Positions 43,578 to 47,732 of a stretch of DNA of 47,732 nt are shown piece after piece. Below the pieces are notes generated by a model. The model saw nothing but the letters and a program-made list of their open reading frames with translations. It made no database searches and was not told where the DNA came from. Within the stretch, counting starts at the first letter, position 1. Every line of letters begins with the position of its first letter. Source of the stretch: Akkermansia muciniphila (GTDB lineage Bacteria; Verrucomicrobiota; Verrucomicrobiia; Chthoniobacterales; Chthoniobacteraceae). The stretch is taken from positions 1 through 47,732 of the forward strand of contig CAMDSZ010000001.1 in NCBI GenBank assembly GCA_945906945.1, given 5' to 3'. The translations under genes were made by a program, and so were the position numbers.

Positions 43578-44387
43578 ATGAAGGCTTTCGCTCTATCGCA
43601 GTCTTTGCTGTTCGCTTGCTTGTGCACCGGAGGTTTTGCGGATCGGGGCGTTGAGTCTTCTTTGGTTGAAAGTTCCTCGCCTCACATCGGGACCGGCGGT
43701 GCACCTGGCTCCGAAAAGACTCCTTTGGCAGCGGGGACGGGGCCTGCCGCTGCCACTGCTCCCGAGTTAAACAGTGTTCCTGCTGATCCAAGCGCGCCGC
43801 GTATCCAGAAGCTTGGCGACGGCAGGATCGTAGTCGGGCTGGTGACGGTTGATCCGGAAAGGCGGCAGATCTCATTTCCGGCGAAGGTCAATCAGCGTTC
43901 CGGTTTGGTGGAGTATGCGGTGGTGACGAGCAAGGGCAAGGTGCACGAGTCGGTGTTTGTGACCGAGGCCGCGCCAACCCACATTCACATGGCAGCCCTG
44001 CTGCTAAAGCTCGCTCCGCTCGAAGGTCTGGCGGAGCCGGTAAAACTCGCCGTCGAGGTGGAGTGGCAGCTTGATGGATCCGCGAGGCGTGAATCACTGG
44101 ATCGGTTCATCGTCCACACGAAGGATGCCGGGGCGAGTCGCGCTGGTAGCACGCTGCCGCGGGAAGCCTGGCATTACGCAGGCTCCGTCCTAAATGACGG
44201 AGTGCTTGTAGCGGAGGCCGAGGGTAGCGTGATCGCGCTCATTACCGACGAAGCCGCTTTGATTCAAAACCCGCGTGCGGGGCGGGTGGACGACGAGTTG
44301 CATGCGCCCAACCCTGCCTTGCTGTTGGAGCAGGGGTGCGCGGTGGTGGTGCACTTGGTTCAAGCGGGAGCGAGGGAGGCAAAGTAG
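43578..44387 (+). CDS. Secreted/lipoprotein-like protein, possibly YdjY-domain family, 269 aa
   Basis: Signal with possible lipobox (MKAFALSQSLLFACLC). Core ISFPAKVNQRSGLVEYAVVTSKGKVHESVFVTEAAPTHIHMAALLLKL resembles what I recall of YdjY-domain proteins in PVC genomes; this is unverified. Confidence 0.4.
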   Translation: MKAFALSQSLLFACLCTGGFADRGVESSLVESSSPHIGTGGAPGSEKTPLAAGTGPAAATAPELNSVPADPSAPRIQKLGDGRIVVGLVTVDPERRQISFPAKVNQRSGLVEYAVVTSKGKVHESVFVTEAAPTHIHMAALLLKLAPLEGLAEPVKLAVEVEWQLDGSARRESLDRFIVHTKDAGASRAGSTLPREAWHYAGSVLNDGVLVAEAEGSVIALITDEAALIQNPRAGRVDDELHAPNPALLLEQGCAVVVHLVQAGAREAK

Positions 44388-44523
44388 ACCTAGAGAAAAG
44401 CGCGGGTCCCTACTGGGCTTGGGGGAGCTCTAGAGTGCGCCAGCAGAAGCAGAGTTTTGCTAATAGAAAGTCTTTTTAAGGGTAGTCCTAGAGTTGCCAG
44501 TCTGAAGGTTCGGCCTTCATCCC

Positions 44524-47211
44524 ATGCGTTTTCCCTCCCCAGTTCTACCCCTGCTATCCAAAGCGCAACGCGTGCTGGCGTCGCTCCTTGCCCGGCCGGC
44601 TTGCGTACGGGTGGCATGGCTGGCATTCGCTCTGATATGTTCCGACGGCGTTGCGGCCGATAAAAGCCCAGTCTACGAAACGGAAATCCGCCCAATTCTC
44701 AAGGCCCACTGCACCCATTGCCATGGTGAGGAACCGAAACTCGGGGGTGGTATCGATCTTCGCCTGCGGCGCTTTATGGGTGGGAAAACCAAAGACGGTT
44801 CTCCGATTCTTCTCCCCGGCAAACCCGAGGAGAGCGAACTGCTGCGAGTCATTCACGATGGCGAGATGCCTAAGAAGGGGAAGAAGCTTTCCACCGAGGA
44901 ACTCGGGCTGCTCGAGAAGTGGGTGAGAGACGGTGCAAAAATCAACGCGAGCGAGCCTGAAAGTCTTCCTGCCGGGCCGTACATCACCGAGGAGGAGCGC
45001 AAGTTCTGGTCTTTTCAACCCGTAAAAATTAATGCGCTCCCGAAGTTTTCCGATGCGCCAAATCTCGCACCGATCGACGCATTTGTGCGCGACGCGCTTC
45101 AAAGGCAGCAGATGGACTTTGCTCCGGAGGCGGACCGCGCGACTCTGATCCGCCGTGTCTCGCTCGATCTAACCGGGCTGCCGCCTTCGCCTGAGGATGT
45201 CGCCGCCTTTGTTGCGGATAAACGCGAGCAAGCTTATGCGGAGCTCGTGGACCGGCTTCTTGCCTCCAACAACTACGGTGAGCGCTGGGCAAGGCATTGG
45301 CTCGATGTCGCCGGCTATTCGGACACTAACGGTTATGCGGATGTGGATTCTGTGCGGCCCAATGCATGGCGCTATCGCGACTATGTGATTCGGGCACTGA
45401 ATTCGGACAAGCCGTGGAATCGCTTCATTCAGGAGCAGCTAGCCGGTGACGAGTTGGTTGAGACCGCGCATGGAAAAATTGGCGACCTTGTGCATCAGCC
45501 TGAAAAATTCGATGCGCTAGCTGCCACGGGTTTCTTGCGGCTTGCCCCGGACGGCACAGGCGATGTGGTGCCGGACATGAATCTTGCCCGCAATCAAAAC
45601 ATCGCCGACACGCTGCGAATTGTCTCTACCGCGCTCACAGGCCTAACGGTGGCTTGCGCTCAATGTCACGATCACCGGTACGACCCGATCACGCAGGCCG
45701 ACTACTACCGGCTGCGCGCCGTGTTTGATCCTGCGTTTGATTGGCGCAAATGGCGGGCTCCCGCACAGCGTCAGGTTTCGCTTTACACCCAGGCGGACCG
45801 TGAGCGTGCAGCAGAGATTGAGAAGCAGGCCGTCGAAATCGATGCTGTCGCCAAGAAAATGGACCGCGGTTATCTCGATGAGATCTTTGAGAAAAAAATA
45901 CTCGAGCTTCCTGAAGCGGACCGCGAGCCCTATCGACTGGCGCGTTCGCTGGACAAAGCAAAGCGTTCTCCGGAACAAGAGGCCTTGTTGAAAAAGTATC
46001 CGTCCGCCTTGGCGCTTTCCTCGCTGAATTTGTACGATCCGAAGCTCGACAAAATCGTGCAGGAAAAGCGCGCTGAGGCAACGAAGCTGCGAGCGACAAA
46101 GCCGGTTGAGGGGATGCTTATGGTGGTGACAGAGGTCGCTGGTGAGGCGCCGATAAGTCAGCTGCATCATCGTGGCGATCACGAGCAGTTGCGCGAAGAA
46201 CTGACCCCCGGCGACCTTGCCGTTCTAGGCGCGCCGGAATTGAACAAACCAAAGCCCGAGCTTCCGACCACGGGAAGGCGACTTGCGTACGCGCAGTGGC
46301 TGACTTCCGGCAAACATCCGTTGGTGGGCCGGACTTTGATGAATCGTGTTTGGATGCACCATTTCGGCCAAGGAATCGTGCGTTCAGCGGGTGATTTTGG
46401 AAAGCTCGGTGATCTGCCGTCTCACCCCGAGTTGCTGGATTATCTTGCGGACAAATTTGTGCGCTCGGGATGGAGTCTCAAGGCCATGCATCGCGAAATG
46501 GTGACCAGTCGCACCTACCGGCAGATTTCGTCCTGCGCAGTTTCCATTGCGAAAGACCCCGAGAACGTGTGGCTGGGCCGGTTCCGCATCCGACGGCTTG
46601 ATGCCGAGGCGGTGCGCGATGCGATGCTGGCAACAGCGGGCGTTCTTCAGCCTGACATGTTTGGCGCGCCCGTTTCGATCGCGCGCTCAAACGAGGGCCG
46701 TGTTGTGGCGGGAGTCGAAGTTCTCAACGCCAACGGCGATGTGACAAAGGTGGACAACACCGCGCCGGCGGTAAACAGGCGCTCGATTTATCTGCAGGTG
46801 CGCCGCAAAACGCCGGTCACTGTTCTGGATACTTTTGATCTTCCGATCATGGATCCGAACTGCGAGGTGCGCGCGACTTCGACTATCGCGCCACAGGCTC
46901 TGTTCTTGATGAATGATGAATTCGTCGTGCGGGTCGCCCGCTCCCTTGGCGAGCGTGTGCAGCGCGAGAAGCCTGGTGACCGCCGCGCGCAGGTTCGACG
47001 CGCCTGGGAGCTCACTCAGGGCCGGCATCCAGGCGCTGCCGAGGAAGACCGCTTTCTTGCGGCTTGGTCCGAGCAAACCGAGCAGCTTCGCGAGTACGCG
47101 GTAAAAAACCCGCCGCCAAAGGATGCGCCTCCCGCCGACAGCCAGCTCGATGCTTTGGGTTCGCTTTGCCAGGCGCTTCTCGCTTCAAACCGATTTCTGC
47201 ATCTCGAATAA
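44524..47211 (+). CDS. PSCyt1-DUF1549(PSCyt2)-DUF1553(PSD1) family protein, 895 aa
   Basis: Signal-like VAWLAFALICSDGVAA. CxxCH 'CTHCH' at 44710..44724 within IRPILKAHCTHCHGEEPKLGGGIDLRL. WSFQPV, IDAFV, ERWARHWLDVAGYSDTNG. Second motif CAQCHDHRYDPI at 45655..45690. HPLVGRTLMNRVWMHHFG, HPELLDYL, ...ASNRFLHLE. Confidence 0.92.
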   Translation: MRFPSPVLPLLSKAQRVLASLLARPACVRVAWLAFALICSDGVAADKSPVYETEIRPILKAHCTHCHGEEPKLGGGIDLRLRRFMGGKTKDGSPILLPGKPEESELLRVIHDGEMPKKGKKLSTEELGLLEKWVRDGAKINASEPESLPAGPYITEEERKFWSFQPVKINALPKFSDAPNLAPIDAFVRDALQRQQMDFAPEADRATLIRRVSLDLTGLPPSPEDVAAFVADKREQAYAELVDRLLASNNYGERWARHWLDVAGYSDTNGYADVDSVRPNAWRYRDYVIRALNSDKPWNRFIQEQLAGDELVETAHGKIGDLVHQPEKFDALAATGFLRLAPDGTGDVVPDMNLARNQNIADTLRIVSTALTGLTVACAQCHDHRYDPITQADYYRLRAVFDPAFDWRKWRAPAQRQVSLYTQADRERAAEIEKQAVEIDAVAKKMDRGYLDEIFEKKILELPEADREPYRLARSLDKAKRSPEQEALLKKYPSALALSSLNLYDPKLDKIVQEKRAEATKLRATKPVEGMLMVVTEVAGEAPISQLHHRGDHEQLREELTPGDLAVLGAPELNKPKPELPTTGRRLAYAQWLTSGKHPLVGRTLMNRVWMHHFGQGIVRSAGDFGKLGDLPSHPELLDYLADKFVRSGWSLKAMHREMVTSRTYRQISSCAVSIAKDPENVWLGRFRIRRLDAEAVRDAMLATAGVLQPDMFGAPVSIARSNEGRVVAGVEVLNANGDVTKVDNTAPAVNRRSIYLQVRRKTPVTVLDTFDLPIMDPNCEVRATSTIAPQALFLMNDEFVVRVARSLGERVQREKPGDRRAQVRRAWELTQGRHPGAAEEDRFLAAWSEQTEQLREYAVKNPPPKDAPPADSQLDALGSLCQALLASNRFLHLE

Positions 47212-47224
47212 CACGTGCACCCAA

Positions 47225-47732
47225 ATGATGAATCAATCTTCACAGCTGTGTTCCCGCCGCCATTTTCTGCAAAGCAGCGGGTTTGGTTTGGGAGGAATTG
47301 CGCTTGCATCGCTTCTACGCGACGACGGCTTGATGGCTGCGCCGGTGAAACCGTTGCTTAGCAATGACACCTTTGATCTGAAGCCAAAAACGCCTGCTGC
47401 CACCGGCAAGGCGCGCGCGATGATTTCGCTTTTTATGATGGGCGGTCCCTCGCAAATGGACTTGTTCGACCCCAAGCCGGAGCTCAACAAACGGCATGGA
47501 GAAAAGTTTCCGGGTCAGGTCATCTACGATAATGTTGCGCAGGCCTCACCAAAGATGTTCGGCTGCCCGTGGTCTTTTGCGAAGGCCGGGCAAAGTGGCA
47601 TGGAATTGAGCGAGTGGCTCCCGTATTTGCAGCAGGTCGCGGACGACATTACTCTCATACGCTCAATGAAGTCCGGTGTAAGCAATCATTTGCAGGGAAT
47701 GCTTGCGATGCTAACCGGGCGCGGCACCGTTG
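47225..47732 (+). CDS. DUF1501 family protein with twin-arginine signal (3'-truncated by window edge)
   Basis: This ORF is not in the supplied ORF track because it runs off the window. My own translation from the ATG at 47225 gives MMNQSSQLCSRRHFLQSSGFGLGGIALASLL... (Tat motif SRRHFL), then ISLFMMGGPSQMDLFDPKPEL and LIRSMKSGVSNH. These parallel the DUF1501 gene at 28909. It starts 14 nt after the upstream stop. Confidence 0.85.
   Translation, partial: MMNQSSQLCSRRHFLQSSGFGLGGIALASLLRDDGLMAAPVKPLLSNDTFDLKPKTPAATGKARAMISLFMMGGPSQMDLFDPKPELNKRHGEKFPGQVIYDNVAQASPKMFGCPWSFAKAGQSGMELSEWLPYLQQVADDITLIRSMKSGVSNHLQGMLAMLTGRGTV

Noticed and set aside
44389-44493. Three CTAGAG hexamers (44390, 44430, 44488) in the intergenic region upstream of the second PSCyt gene, plus two more at 42230 and 44 (42230..42235, 42244..42249).
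   Set aside because: The spacing is irregular (40 and 58 nt), there is no flanking conservation, and one copy simply contains a stop codon. A 6-mer recurring a few times is weak evidence for a binding site.
1-47732. Search by eye for CRISPR arrays, tRNA/rRNA genes, transposases, integrases, a reverse transcriptase (DGR acting on the repeat protein), prophage genes and long near-identical DNA repeats.
   Set aside because: None found. Repeats in the giant gene are conserved only at the protein-motif level, and no RT or recombinase-like ORF is present. This is a visual scan, so tRNAscan, Infernal and self-dotplot runs would be needed for certainty.

Overview
47.7-kb window, probably from a PVC-superphylum bacterium (Verrucomicrobiota or Planctomycetota). 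That placement is inferred from two PSCyt1-DUF1549-DUF1553 + DUF1501 gene pairs, an archaeal/Thermus-type ProRS and moderately high GC. About 54% of the window (2..25609, + strand) is one stop-free ORF of 8,535 codons that touches the 5' window edge. By eye its translation resolves into five parts: (i) an N-terminal ~2,760-aa array of a degenerate ~50-aa 'GM-box' mini-domain I cannot assign to a named family; (ii) four six-bladed NHL propellers, each inserted into the B-C loop of an Ig-like domain; (iii) two seven-bladed RCC1 propellers, one inserted into the E-F loop of an Ig-like domain; (iv) further Ig-like and cadherin-like beta-sandwiches and a LamG domain; (v) a PDZ domain embedded in an unassigned C-terminal region. 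GM-boxes also sit inside NHL blades and RCC1 inter-blade loops, which gives up to three levels of domain nesting. This giant gene is the main candidate for novelty. Downstream lie a PSCyt/DUF1553 + Tat-DUF1501 + ThuA-like cluster and a housekeeping block: dinB, folA-thyA, miaB, fabF, cysI, proS, a siroheme-decarboxylase-like protein and rdgB. After that come a secreted prenyltransferase-repeat protein, a YdjY-like secreted protein and a second PSCyt/DUF1553 + DUF1501 pair, the last gene truncated by the 3' window edge. I saw no rRNA, tRNA, CRISPR array, transposase, integrase or reverse transcriptase. All domain boundaries inside the giant ORF were mapped by hand from motif positions and are approximate (about +/-15 nt). 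No database search or computation was run.
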